A DNA stretch of 64,000 nucleotides from NCBI GenBank assembly GCA_031411335.1, contig JANOAX010000059.1, positions 3,071-67,070 on the forward strand. Reading direction: 5' to 3'. The notes under the pieces were generated by a model. It had not been told where the DNA came from. It searched no databases and saw only the letters and a program-made list of their open reading frames with translations. Shown here piece by piece: positions 19,558-30,700 of this stretch. The position numbers were made by a program, and so were the translations under genes. Source of the DNA: Bacteroidota bacterium (GTDB lineage Bacteria > Bacteroidota > Bacteroidia > AKYH767-A > OLB10). The stretch's first letter is position 1. Each line of letters opens with the position of its first letter.

Positions 19558-22305
19558 TCAATTCGAAAAATCGTAAAACACGCTCTTTCCATCAAACACG
19601 ATTGGATTTTTACTCCATGTTTCGATTCCATTTCGAGATTTAACAACAATAAAATAGGTTCCACTACTAGGATAAAAAGGAATTATAGCTAAACCATTTC
19701 GATACAATACTACTTGACTGGATTGTACTAAAGTATATGGATTAGTACCTGCATGCAATTCTACATTGATGGAATCACTTGAATTGGGATCAGGATGTAT
19801 TCCATTATTAAAAAGCGTTGGGGTCATGAATCCTCCTCCTTGATAATACCCCTCTACTAATATTTTTAATTGAAAACCACCCATACCGCATCCTTCATCA
19901 AAAATATTGTTGCAATTGTCATCGATGCTATTAAAACAATTTTCATTGGTATTGGGATGAACATAATTCAAAGTGTCATTACAATCTTTGGCATTAGAAA
20001 CATATCCTATGGGTTGAAAACAATATAACGAATCAACGCTATCATTTCCGAATCCATCTCCATCAGCATCCGCATACCAATTTACTTTTGGATTATTATT
20101 GACTGTAATAACTACTGGCGCACTATTCACCGTGCATGCATTGCTGCTCACTATACTTACTGAATAGGATCCCGCATTCTTTACATAAATACTTTGAGAA
20201 GTTGATCCTGTACTCCACAAATAGGAAGCATAAGCATCTGGAAAACGAATATCAGAAATAGTGATAGTTGCTGCGTTACCTAGGTTGTTGGTTGTGTTCA
20301 TTCGAAAACAAAAATTCTGACCCTTTAAAACAGGAATGCTAGCAATTCCATTTTGTGTGATGGGTCCACCAGAACCATATGTAAAATTAGGTAGCGAAGA
20401 AGACGTTCCATTGATGTTGATTTCAGGGAAATCATGTTGAGGTCCATCCACACTCGTGTACGACCAATTAAACTCCAATGCTCCATCTCCATTCATGGCA
20501 TGACAAAAATCGATATAAGATGACGGAGAGCCACCCCCGTTAGTATTGCTTGAGGTTATCGAAATAGAACTTGGCACATTGTTGCTGTTTACACTTCCAT
20601 TATCATTTGCACTGTGTATGATGTTCCAGTTGTCGATATCGAACAATTCAGAGAAACCAAAAATTGGATTCGTTTTTACACCAGCATCTAACTTTAATGA
20701 ATCTCCATTACAAATAGTCACCGCACCGTTTGGTATCACATTTACTATATTTATCGATACAGGAGGACTCGTAGCCCAACAACCTAAATAATCTTCTACA
20801 GAAACAGAATAAGTGCCTGCATTATTAACTGTTATAGTAGAGGCAGTGTTTCCCGAAGGCGACCATAAATAAGAAAATGCTTCTACTCGTTGCGGTGTAT
20901 TTACAAAAGATCCATTCGCTAAATTATTACTCGCATTCAATACCGTGCTCCCGTTTGTTTCATTGAATTTAAAATAGCTTAACAAGCCGGCTTCATTTGT
21001 ATTCACTGTATTTACCATTCCTGACCGAATATCGAATCCTGATCGAGGAACATTCCAAACACGCACTTCATCAATATCTCCATCAAAAAAATTAAGTGCT
21101 TCGGAACTCGAATAATTGGGTCGACCAATTTTAAATGTACCGATATTAGCACTAGCACTTGCTGTGTAATTCATCGAAACGGTACGATCAAATCCATCCA
21201 CATAAATTTTACCTATGCCAGGAGGAATTGAATAATCCCACACAACCGCAATATGATGCCAATTCCCATCATCAACTTCTACAGAGCTAGATATGCTTCC
21301 ATTATCAAATCCAGAAAATGCAGGTTGACCAATATCATTAATAAAAAATACGCGTTCACCTGCTTCCCAACTCGTATTGGAATTATTACTCACAATAATT
21401 CCTTCTGAACCTGAAGTCGTTTTAATCCATGCTTCCAAGGTAAAGCTTGCATTATTTAAGTTCGTAACGTTTGTATTTAGATTGATCCATTGATTCGTTC
21501 CGTTCATTGAAATGGCATTATTAAATGCAGTTGTAGATAATTCAACAGGTTCAAACGGACAGTTGATCAAAGATGAATTCGTGACAATATTTACTGAACG
21601 ACTACTTTCTATCACTTGTGTTGCACACGTTAACGTATCGATGAAATTCGCTAACACCGTCACCACATAATTTCCTGCTTTCAATCCAGTAACTTGAGGA
21701 GTAGTTGCCCCGCAACTCCACTGATAAGTATATTGCGGTGTTGAACCATGCACGACGACAGGTTGCGCTAATAAATTTTTTATAATTAATCCATCGCTCT
21801 GACTTATCATCACGGCTGGTATTGTAACGCCCAAGATATTATTTCCTCCTAAAACAAAAGCAGCTCCTGGTGTATTGTTCACAATGATTACACCTAAAGC
21901 TCCTGCATTTTGCGCATTCAACACTTTCGATTCAAAAGAACAAACGCCTCTGTCGATCACTGCGATTTTTCCTGCGAAAGTACTTGGAGCATATGCGGAA
22001 CATCCTAAATCAGGATTCGATACATATTTTAAATTTCCTGAAAGCGCGGTGATGTAAATATCTGCACCAAACAATGCGGGGGCATAAATAAAATTGTAAT
22101 TCGTAGTGCTTGAAATCGACAACAGACGCTGATTTTCCATGATGGAAACCGCCACAGCTCCTCCACTATTACCATTGCAAGAAAACCCACCCGAACAATT
22201 TAAGGAATAATTAATTTGACCCTGTGTTGAATAATTGAAAAATATAATCATCATTCCAATAATCAAATAGCATTTTATTTTTTGAAGCATTACGTTCATA
22301 TTCAT
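19558..22305 (-). CDS. Secreted multidomain protein: PA domain, LamG domain, Ig-like modules, Cys-rich metal-binding-type motif, unassigned C-terminal module
   Basis: PA domain: GKIAVIDRGVCSFESKVLNAQNAGALGVIIVNN. LamG: DGDIDEVRVWNVPRSGFDI. DADGDGFGN ... CNDT ... ENCFNSIDDNCNNIFDEGC is a MopE-type motif. The last 107 aa are 67% identical to the C-terminus of the next gene. No PNP...type A or NAFSPNGD type B signature is present. Confidence 0.7.
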   Translation of the reverse strand: MNMNVMLQKIKCYLIIGMMIIFFNYSTQGQINYSLNCSGGFSCNGNSGGAVAVSIMENQRLLSISSTTNYNFIYAPALFGADIYITALSGNLKYVSNPDLGCSAYAPSTFAGKIAVIDRGVCSFESKVLNAQNAGALGVIIVNNTPGAAFVLGGNNILGVTIPAVMISQSDGLIIKNLLAQPVVVHGSTPQYTYQWSCGATTPQVTGLKAGNYVVTVLANFIDTLTCATQVIESSRSVNIVTNSSLINCPFEPVELSTTAFNNAISMNGTNQWINLNTNVTNLNNASFTLEAWIKTTSGSEGIIVSNNSNTSWEAGERVFFINDIGQPAFSGFDNGSISSSVEVDDGNWHHIAVVWDYSIPPGIGKIYVDGFDRTVSMNYTASASANIGTFKIGRPNYSSSEALNFFDGDIDEVRVWNVPRSGFDIRSGMVNTVNTNEAGLLSYFKFNETNGSTVLNASNNLANGSFVNTPQRVEAFSYLWSPSGNTASTITVNNAGTYSVSVEDYLGCWATSPPVSINIVNVIPNGAVTICNGDSLKLDAGVKTNPIFGFSELFDIDNWNIIHSANDNGSVNSNNVPSSISITSSNTNGGGSPSSYIDFCHAMNGDGALEFNWSYTSVDGPQHDFPEININGTSSSLPNFTYGSGGPITQNGIASIPVLKGQNFCFRMNTTNNLGNAATITISDIRFPDAYASYLWSTGSTSQSIYVKNAGSYSVSIVSSNACTVNSAPVVITVNNNPKVNWYADADGDGFGNDSVDSLYCFQPIGYVSNAKDCNDTLNYVHPNTNENCFNSIDDNCNNIFDEGCGMGGFQLKILVEGYYQGGGFMTPTLFNNGIHPDPNSSDSINVELHAGTNPYTLVQSSQVVLYRNGLAIIPFYPSSGTYFIVVKSRNGIETWSKNPIVFDGKSVFYDFSN

Positions 22306-22796
22306 TCCAACTGTTAACTGATACCATTTATAAGTATTTAATAGTCCAAATAAACATAATTATATTTTTAACAAGCTTAGCACTAACACTGACTTGTACT
22401 GAATACATATTACATAAATTAGGACAATTTAGTTCTTCGGATATCTGTTAAATAAATTTTAGTTTTAAATTAAGATTCTAGTTCTATTTTACTTGTTACT
22501 TTCTTTTACGTGAAAAGAAAGTAACCAAAGAAAGCACGCCACCCAACACCAACCCATTTTTGCGGTTTCTACTTTCTACTTTCTTTCGCAACCACTGAAC
22601 ATTCTTTTGTGCTATCTCTTTACTTCATCGGTACAGCAAAAATCGGTTCGCGCTGTTGCGTGGACGACCTCCGCACCGTTCAGAATGATATTACTGTTAC
22701 TTAAAATAAATTGCTTGAATCATGCTTCCATTTTTGTTTAAATAATCGGACTACACACTATGTATAAACGATATGACAGTATACGATTTTTCAAAA

Positions 22797-25700
22797 TTAA
22801 GGTTTCGAAAAATCATAGAAGACAGATGGCCCGCTGAAAGAGACTGGATTTTTACTCCATATTTCTATTCCATTTCTATGTTTTACAACAATATAATAAG
22901 AGCCCACGGCAGGATAGTATGGGATAGAAGCAAATCCATTTCTGTAAAGTAATACTTGTTGATTATGCACCAAAGCATAGGGACTTGTAGCAGTACGTAA
23001 TTCAACGAATACCGAATCACTTGAATTCGGATCAGGATGCATTCCATTATCAAATAATGTGCTGATCATAAATCCACCCGATTGATATAATCCTTCAATC
23101 AACATCTTTAAATGAAAGGCACCACTTCCACAACCCTCATCTATAATATTATTACAATTATCATCAATGGTATTCACACAAAATTCGGTAGCATTGGGAT
23201 TAACTGTAGCTATGGAATCATTACAATCCTTATTATTTGAAACATATCCGCTAAGTGAAATACAAGCAGCAGAATCAATAGTAAAATCTCCAAAACCATC
23301 TCCATCAAAATCTTTAAAATAAATAGGTGGCAAAATACAAGATCCATTATTTTGAGTTGCCAACGAACTATAATTACAAGCCAACGGATTCATGCATCCC
23401 GGAACATCAAAAATTCCATCATTAGGTGTATTAATAAAATAGGTTTCTGCTTTTACAAAAACATCTGTTGCTACTTCCTGTGCAATTTTACGTCCGGGAA
23501 TATCATCAAAGGGAGGATGAATTCCGCCCCAGATACGAGACAAAGAACTTTCATCGGCTGCATCCTGATACGTGGCCCATTGGAGATCGATGTCAGTGCT
23601 TGGACCATTTTCAAATAACAAGTAAGCGTTTTGTGCACAATGAAACACTCCCATTCCACCCGGAAAATATTTAGTACCGGTAAAATCAGTGAGTAATTCT
23701 GCAGCGGCTCTTGAGTAAGTGGAGTGACCAGAAAGATAACCTGGGAAGGGTGGAGAAGCAAACGAAGCGCGTTGATACGGATGCCATTTTTCGGCTAGTG
23801 TCCAACCAACACCTGCTACATCGGTATCTACATTATTGATGGCATCATGCCCTTTCCAAGCTTTCAACTTAATTTTTCCTACATTGGTAGAACCATTTGC
23901 TAATGGATCACCGGGGTGTATCACTTCAATGTATCCGGGCACAAGCGGCAATCCTGCAGGATGGAAATTTGAATCGAGCGGATTGGAACTTTGTCCCAAA
24001 TCGGCCATAGCACGAATAGCTGAAATAGGACGAGAGGTATCATACCAGCCTTTAATTCCCCAAATAGAAATAGCGACGTCATGCATCGCACCACCTAATG
24101 CAAAATATCCTTTCACGCTCCATTCCAAATCATCTAATGGTGTACCGTTGCCCTTATATTGTTTTGTTTCTAGTGGATGGTCGGATACGTAATTAAAAAT
24201 ACTATACCAGTGTCCGGGTGGTGTTTCCGAATTTGGACCATCAGCCCAGAATTCTGAAAGCACACGAGCAAAATCGCCGCGCTTCACTAAATTAGTAGCA
24301 TAGGGCAATCCGGTCACCGGATTCAAAGTATGTCCTACGTTAGTTGTACCTCCATTCAAAAAATTATAAAAATTCGGATAGTCGGCAACGTTAGCAGGTA
24401 ACACATTTCTGTTACCTTGCGTTTTTGGAGAAATATCCCACATCGTAGTATCGGCAGGATCTAAATGAGAAGACCATACTGCAACCATCGCATGTCCCCA
24501 TTGAAATTGTGAAGAGGTTCCACTTCCATCCATTTGCAAAATGGGTGGGGCGCCGGGATCATGATACACTTTATAATTAAAACCGTTTCGTTGGTTCACG
24601 GTTAAATCGGCTGGTGACAAAGCAAACGGAACCACCTGACCCCACTCCGGACTCAATGCTGGCGGAGTGGCGCCAGGAATAGCATTTCCACTTTGATCAA
24701 TAAAAAGATCCAGTGTAAGCGGTTGCCAACGATTCAGATTTGTCATGTTTGGATTTCCTGGAAGATCAACGATCATGGGTGGATTTACTGGTGTATAACT
24801 CGTATTCGCATAACTTCCTTGCTCGTTGGATCCATCCTGCAAGCCAAAAGCGATATACTTTGCTGCGATATAATTTCCGAGTGCGCGTGCGTCACCGTTC
24901 GTATAATTTGTATCGGTAAAGTTTTTATCGTAACCTAATGAATCCATCTCCACGTTATAAGCCGTTATCAACAATGCAGCTTGCGGTGAATTAGTAAAAC
25001 GATGTTTCAGTAAACGATAAGAAGCATAGGAGATGGCTTTACGACGATCTTGTGCAATATTGGAAGAAGTGGGAATACCCGTGAATGCGCAAGTGAAAGT
25101 GCCCACCGTTTTTCCAAGCAAGAATTCAATAGAATTATTATCATAGGCTGCCCATGCATCCCACATGGCAGACGAATGATGAAATAAATTTCGTGCGTGA
25201 ACAGTTGGTCGTGCAAAATCTCGTCTGATAGATGCCAACAATAATTCGTTCCATTGCCTTGCAATATTATCGTTCAAATCAGCAGTAGGATAAGTCACAT
25301 TGGGTGCGCAATTAGGATCTGGGTTGGTAGGACAAGGATCGCAGCCATCGGCTAATCCATCTAGATCGTAATCGGCATTTATGGGAGCGAGCTCACAACT
25401 GTCATTCATAAATACGCCATAGCCATTACAAAAGCCTGTCACAAAATCTTGCAATCCATCATTATTGATATCCATCCATGTAAAGTCATATACATTTTTT
25501 GCCCATGGTAACGTTGTTGTTCCGTACACATTCACCATCACACCGTTATCATTGCGATAAATAGCCATACGCCGACCGCTTGCGCAAGGAGGAATATCCA
25601 CATCCACGTCGGCTATACCAACATCCATATCCCCATCCAAATCCAAATCGGCCACATGAACATTTCCGCCAAATCCATTGGTTGTACTAAAATTTAAATT

Positions 25701-26750
25701 CGTTTTTACTACAGTTAAACTCGAATCGGGAATAATCGTAGTTACCCGTAAAATATAATCGCTACCATCATCCACAACAAAAAAATCTTTTTTACCATCC
25801 AAATTAAAATCGGCTATGTCGAACATATAGGGAGAACTTGTAGGAACCAGGTTTTGCCATTTGGTGAATGTTCCGGTTCCATTATTAAAAAGAACAATCA
25901 CACCACGCGCATTCCACGGAGCAACGTTATAAAGCGTAGAATTTTTTATGATATCGTTATCGCCGTCATTATCGATATCTACTATTTGACATGCTGTACC
26001 AAATGCAGAGTTTCGCAAAGTACCTAAACGTGCTGTACTTTCATTGGTAAAATATCCGGATCCATTATTAATTAAAAGATAATCTTTAGCGATGCCGCCA
26101 GATCCATTCGCACGATAATTCACGAAATAAATATCCAATGCACCATCGCCGGTAACATCACCGGCCCACACGGCACAAAAGCGAACTGGATCTTCTGAAA
26201 GGAACGGAAGTCGCAAACTTGTTTCTTCTATAAATCCTTTCCAATTTCCTAATGAATCATTTCCTTCGTTTCGGAAATATTGTGGTTGCTGCAAAAATGT
26301 ATTTGCGATAATCACATCCTTCCAATTATCCCCGTCAAAATCACCTACGAATACATCGCGTGCAAAACTTATTGAATCGATGAATTGAGGAGCGTGTAAC
26401 AACGTTTGATCTGTCAGTACTCCATTCACATTCATTAATAAAAGCGTTGATTTTCCGGGTTGCGTAGGACTAGAAAACGGCTGCTTTCGGACCACGATCA
26501 GATCTTGTTTGCCGTCATTATTAAAATCTGCTGACCACATGTCCTTTTCTTCCGGATCGCTATTCGCTACAGAGGAAACCACCAAGCGCGTAGATGTAGC
26601 ATCTAGCCAATTGAACCATTGAGCTGAACAAAAATTTTGGGTAGATGAAAGAAATGAAAAAACAAAAATCAGTGTTAGCGAAATCAGTTGAAAAGAGGAA
26701 CACTTGGTACTTGTTACATTATTCATTTGAGCAATGTAGAATTTAAGCAT
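22797..26750 (-). CDS. Secreted fusion protein: FG-GAP/VCBS repeats, thrombospondin-type Asp motif, PAP2/vanadium-haloperoxidase-like core, Cys-rich motif, unassigned C-terminal module
   Basis: At least seven FG-GAP-like units (DFNNDGKQDLIVV, GDFDGDNWKDVIIAN, GDVTGDGALDIYFVN, VDIDNDGDNDII, ADFNLDGKKDFFVV, ADLDLDGDMDVGIAD, MDINNDGLQDFV). PAP2 tripartite motif: K-x6-RP (24026-24052), SGH (23724-23732), SR-x5-H-x3-D (from 23540 downward on the minus strand). DFDGDGFGD ... DDNCNNIIDEGC is followed by the shared C-terminal module. Confidence 0.7.
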   Translation of the reverse strand: MLKFYIAQMNNVTSTKCSSFQLISLTLIFVFSFLSSTQNFCSAQWFNWLDATSTRLVVSSVANSDPEEKDMWSADFNNDGKQDLIVVRKQPFSSPTQPGKSTLLLMNVNGVLTDQTLLHAPQFIDSISFARDVFVGDFDGDNWKDVIIANTFLQQPQYFRNEGNDSLGNWKGFIEETSLRLPFLSEDPVRFCAVWAGDVTGDGALDIYFVNYRANGSGGIAKDYLLINNGSGYFTNESTARLGTLRNSAFGTACQIVDIDNDGDNDIIKNSTLYNVAPWNARGVIVLFNNGTGTFTKWQNLVPTSSPYMFDIADFNLDGKKDFFVVDDGSDYILRVTTIIPDSSLTVVKTNLNFSTTNGFGGNVHVADLDLDGDMDVGIADVDVDIPPCASGRRMAIYRNDNGVMVNVYGTTTLPWAKNVYDFTWMDINNDGLQDFVTGFCNGYGVFMNDSCELAPINADYDLDGLADGCDPCPTNPDPNCAPNVTYPTADLNDNIARQWNELLLASIRRDFARPTVHARNLFHHSSAMWDAWAAYDNNSIEFLLGKTVGTFTCAFTGIPTSSNIAQDRRKAISYASYRLLKHRFTNSPQAALLITAYNVEMDSLGYDKNFTDTNYTNGDARALGNYIAAKYIAFGLQDGSNEQGSYANTSYTPVNPPMIVDLPGNPNMTNLNRWQPLTLDLFIDQSGNAIPGATPPALSPEWGQVVPFALSPADLTVNQRNGFNYKVYHDPGAPPILQMDGSGTSSQFQWGHAMVAVWSSHLDPADTTMWDISPKTQGNRNVLPANVADYPNFYNFLNGGTTNVGHTLNPVTGLPYATNLVKRGDFARVLSEFWADGPNSETPPGHWYSIFNYVSDHPLETKQYKGNGTPLDDLEWSVKGYFALGGAMHDVAISIWGIKGWYDTSRPISAIRAMADLGQSSNPLDSNFHPAGLPLVPGYIEVIHPGDPLANGSTNVGKIKLKAWKGHDAINNVDTDVAGVGWTLAEKWHPYQRASFASPPFPGYLSGHSTYSRAAAELLTDFTGTKYFPGGMGVFHCAQNAYLLFENGPSTDIDLQWATYQDAADESSLSRIWGGIHPPFDDIPGRKIAQEVATDVFVKAETYFINTPNDGIFDVPGCMNPLACNYSSLATQNNGSCILPPIYFKDFDGDGFGDFTIDSAACISLSGYVSNNKDCNDSIATVNPNATEFCVNTIDDNCNNIIDEGCGSGAFHLKMLIEGLYQSGGFMISTLFDNGMHPDPNSSDSVFVELRTATSPYALVHNQQVLLYRNGFASIPYYPAVGSYYIVVKHRNGIEIWSKNPVSFSGPSVFYDFSKP

Positions 26751-26884
26751 ATGAAGATTAATTAGAGACTCGGTCTATTTTCAAATTTATGAATATATCT
26801 GGAATCTGCAATACTTTATATCCCTTGTACAATACGTTTCACCAACAAAAAAGAATGAAAATCCTTATAAAACGCAGAAAAATA

Positions 26885-27298
26885 CTAGTACACCTTCATT
26901 TTTCGCTTTGATAGGTATCGCATCAGTTGCCACCCTAACACCGATCCGATACAATTGGCAATGAAATCAACATAATCGCAGGTTCGGTTAGAAAGAACAT
27001 GTCCTTGATATAATTCAATTAACCCACCATAAATTATCCCGCCAATTAAGGGAATACTAAATTGATTTCTCGACCATCTATTTCCAGAAGGCATTTTACT
27101 AAATCCATTAGTGAAAAGGATAACGAAGACCCCATAAAAAATAAAGTGCGCTATCTTATCGGGAGCTAATAAATCGAAAAGATCAGGAATCTCAATGGCA
27201 GGTGGTGTAATTGTGCTCAGGATCAGAATCAACAAAGCCCAGCTTATGCCGGGCCAGTTGTGATGAAAGAATCTAATACTAGTAGTATCAACCACCAA
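26885..27298 (-). CDS. VanZ family membrane protein
   Basis: 137 aa with four hydrophobic segments. The [10 protein letters not shown] motif is typical of VanZ-like proteins. It overlaps gcvH by 11 bp, which suggests an operon. Confidence 0.6.
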   Translation of the reverse strand: MVVDTTSIRFFHHNWPGISWALLILILSTITPPAIEIPDLFDLLAPDKIAHFIFYGVFVILFTNGFSKMPSGNRWSRNQFSIPLIGGIIYGGLIELYQGHVLSNRTCDYVDFIANCIGSVLGWQLMRYLSKRKMKVY

Positions 27299-27668
27299 TC
27301 AAAGACTTATAAGTGTCGGCACTTAGCAAATGGGAGAGTTGAGAAATATCTGAAATTTTTACTTTAACCATCCATCCTTCGTTGTAAGGGTCTTTATTTA
27401 CTAATTCAGGTGCGCCTTCTAGTTTTGAATTCAGTTCAAGTACCTCACCAGTAACAGGCATAAACAAATCAGAAACTGTTTTAACCGCTTCTACGGTTCC
27501 GAAAACTTCATCCTTATCAACGGTTTCTCCCACCGACTCAATTTCGATATAAACGATATCACCCAATTCGCTTTGTGCGAAATCAGTAATGCCGATGGTG
27601 GCCACATCACCCTCCACGCGAATCCACTCGTGGTCTTTGGTATATTTTAGTTCTGCTGGAATATTCAT
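27288..27668 (-). CDS. gcvH: Glycine cleavage system protein H
   Basis: 126 aa. [32 protein letters not shown] and the lipoyl-lysine motif [10 protein letters not shown]. Confidence 0.95.
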   Translation of the reverse strand: MNIPAELKYTKDHEWIRVEGDVATIGITDFAQSELGDIVYIEIESVGETVDKDEVFGTVEAVKTVSDLFMPVTGEVLELNSKLEGAPELVNKDPYNEGWMVKVKISDISQLSHLLSADTYKSLIGG

Positions 27669-27703
27669 AATACTATTTTGTACAAAAATAATATTATTTT
27701 CGA

Positions 27704-30700
27704 TTACTGGGATAGAGAAAAGCGAACTTCAATACCCGTCAACACATTTGAGGTTGGAAATGACGTTGAAATGACTGGTGTGTTTATGGTTTGTTCATAA
27801 AATAAACGGACATTCAATCGCTCATTTACTGTATAATCTGCAGCTCCTTTTATAGAATAAACATTTAATCCAGCGGTAGGCTGATTAACACCTTCCAGCA
27901 ATCGACGAATCACAGTAATATTACGTCGTGCTGAAAAATCGGCTGTGAGGTTCAAACTATTTCCAGCAACTTTCTTTTTTCCGCCAAGTCCAAAAGGCAA
28001 ACGGAACTTGGGCATGCGATAACCAAATCCTAAAACAATTTCATTTCCCTTTACTTCGGTGATTTGAACGCCAGCATAAGTCAATGATACATTTCGGTCG
28101 CGGCGGAACTCAGCACGTGTTTGCATATTATTTTTCCACGTAACATCCACTCCTATCAATGGACCAAATTGTTCGCTCATCGAAACCTGAGCAAGCTCAC
28201 GCTTGGGTACAAAATTACCAGAGATATCTTTTACAGAAGGGAATTCAGAATCTACATAACTTGCATTTCGCTGGAAAGAGTTTACATTATAGGTGGCGCG
28301 ATAACTATGCGTAATGTTTACCGATGTGAATATTTTTTTCAATAAGGGTAATTTTCCTAACCCATCGTAAGTGATTCTCCAGTTCGGCAAAGGTATACGA
28401 GGAAAAACGTTGAGGTCAATTCCGGTAGGAGACTTGCCTGTATAGGCTGATAAGAAAGCCAAAGCCAACACTTCTTGTTGTGTACCGCTGTATCCATCAT
28501 TGTAAACAACACCGAATGTATCTGCTGGAGCTAGTCCTATTGAGTTAGGGTTTTGAGATGCTAATCGCTCAGAAAGTATTTTCCTGTTTTGATTGAACTT
28601 ATCAAAAGTTGCACTTTCATAAGTTTTCGAATCGTCTTTCACAAAAGCGGTTCCCCATCCAATAACGGAGATACTGAAATTTCCAGTTTCGGTGACACCT
28701 TGCGATTCAAAACCAGTTCCATTATATCTAAAGAATTCAGAATTGTTTCTGCTGAATTGTCGTGTTGCTGTTAATTCGATTTTCATTCCTTCAAAGGGTT
28801 CGATGGAAGCACGACCCGAAAAATTAGATGAATACGTTCTTGTTAATGGATTGTTTAGAGTAGAATCCGCTGTGATCCACCCGCCACGTACTGCACGCTC
28901 ACGAATATCTCTTTGTGATCCCACCGTGAATCCGATTCCGGGAGAGTTATTATTAAGATCTTGTCCGAACACATCCGAATAATTTACATAACCTGGCAAT
29001 GATGTTCCATTGGTTTCACTGTAGGTAAATCCAACAGTTTTGAGTCCCATAATCATTCTAGCTACAAATCGAACAGCGTCAGGTGTTGTACGTGGTTTCT
29101 TTTCAGCAGGAATTGGAATTTTAGGTTTCAAACTGTCTGAAGGTGTCGTAGCTGGATCAGGAGGCTTTACTTTTGGTTTCGGCGGAGTCTTTGGCTTTGG
29201 AGAATTCATCTTCTTCAACCAAGGAACTTTATTATAAAGCGTGGTCATGGTAAAGTTACCATTGAGCTGCTTTGTATTTGAATTCTGAATGGTATTACCT
29301 GTTCGCGGATCGGTGGTGAAGAGCCCCTCTGTGTTTCGTAAGTATTGCCCTGCTGTCCAACTGTAGTTAAACCCGTATCGAGCATTCAACGAAATCCAAT
29401 TTGTAAATGGGAACTTATTCAACGGCACTTGATAACTTACATTACCTGTTTGCTGATAGTTTTTATTTCTTCCAAGCAAGAAATTTTTTCCAAAAATATT
29501 GCTACGAATCGAATCCCGATCATCCTTCGAATCAATTCTTCCTTCGGGCTCATCGACTACCGAAAAGTTATTTGCGTTGAAATCAATTTTAATACTTCTA
29601 GTAAGATCTAATTTGAAATCATACAATCGACGCATCTCAAAATTTTTGTTGAAGAAAGTATCGCGAATGATGTCGTTGAAACCCGTATTATTTCTAAATA
29701 ATTTTTCACCATACATCCTCGTCACATCAGCTCGGAAATTCAAGCTGGTAGGAATCAAATTGAGATTAATATCTTTAATAGGCTTCAGATACTTTGATTT
29801 CATGATGTTGGCCTTTTCAAAAGGAGCGATGTACTTCGGTGTAGTATTGTAATTATAACCAACCGCACCTCGATGTGTTTTGACTACATCGTACTCTATA
29901 TTTATATCACGGTGAAATACTTCATCATACCCATAGGTAAAATTGAAATTTTCCACATCGTACACACGTGCCTTTGCACCCGCATTACGATTCTTTTTTA
30001 CATTGGTAAAGTTGATCCCTTTCGTTTGCGTATAATCTTGTGAACGCTTTTTGATTTCTCTCTTCTCACTTTTACTATCCGCTTCACCCAATGACTTCGT
30101 AAATAATACGTCTTGATCTAAAGGATCATAAACTGGATTACGAACTACGGTACCGTAATTCACATACATTGGGATGTCTAAGTTTGCTTTTTGAGGAAGA
30201 AATTTTCCAAGATAAATCGAAGAGGTGACATTGAAAGTAGTTTCTGAATTCACGGGACGCTCGCTTACTTTTTGATCCAATGGACCAAAGTTCGCCGACT
30301 TATGTTGTCCAGCTACAGTAACATTTCCTATATCTGCTAATTTAGCATTGACGCGACCGTTAGCTGCCCATCCTCCTTTCTTACTGAAGTCGGTAAGCCG
30401 AAGTTCGTTTACCCAAACCTCTCCGCATTTCTTCTGACCGTCGTCACTTCCGGGAAGGAGCGGATCCAACTTTGGATTTCGTATTCCAATCATAATAGAA
30501 CGAATAGAACTGAGCGATGGATTTCCTCGAACACTAAATGTTCGATTAGTGCCTGATTCTCGTTCGGAATACAGACTTGTTATATTTAATGCGCCACCTG
30601 AATTATCAACCGCTTTATTTCGCCGCAACTTCATGTCCACAAACTTCTCGAGTTCTAATTCAATGTTATTTGCTGTGGGCCAAATAGCATCGGGAGATGT

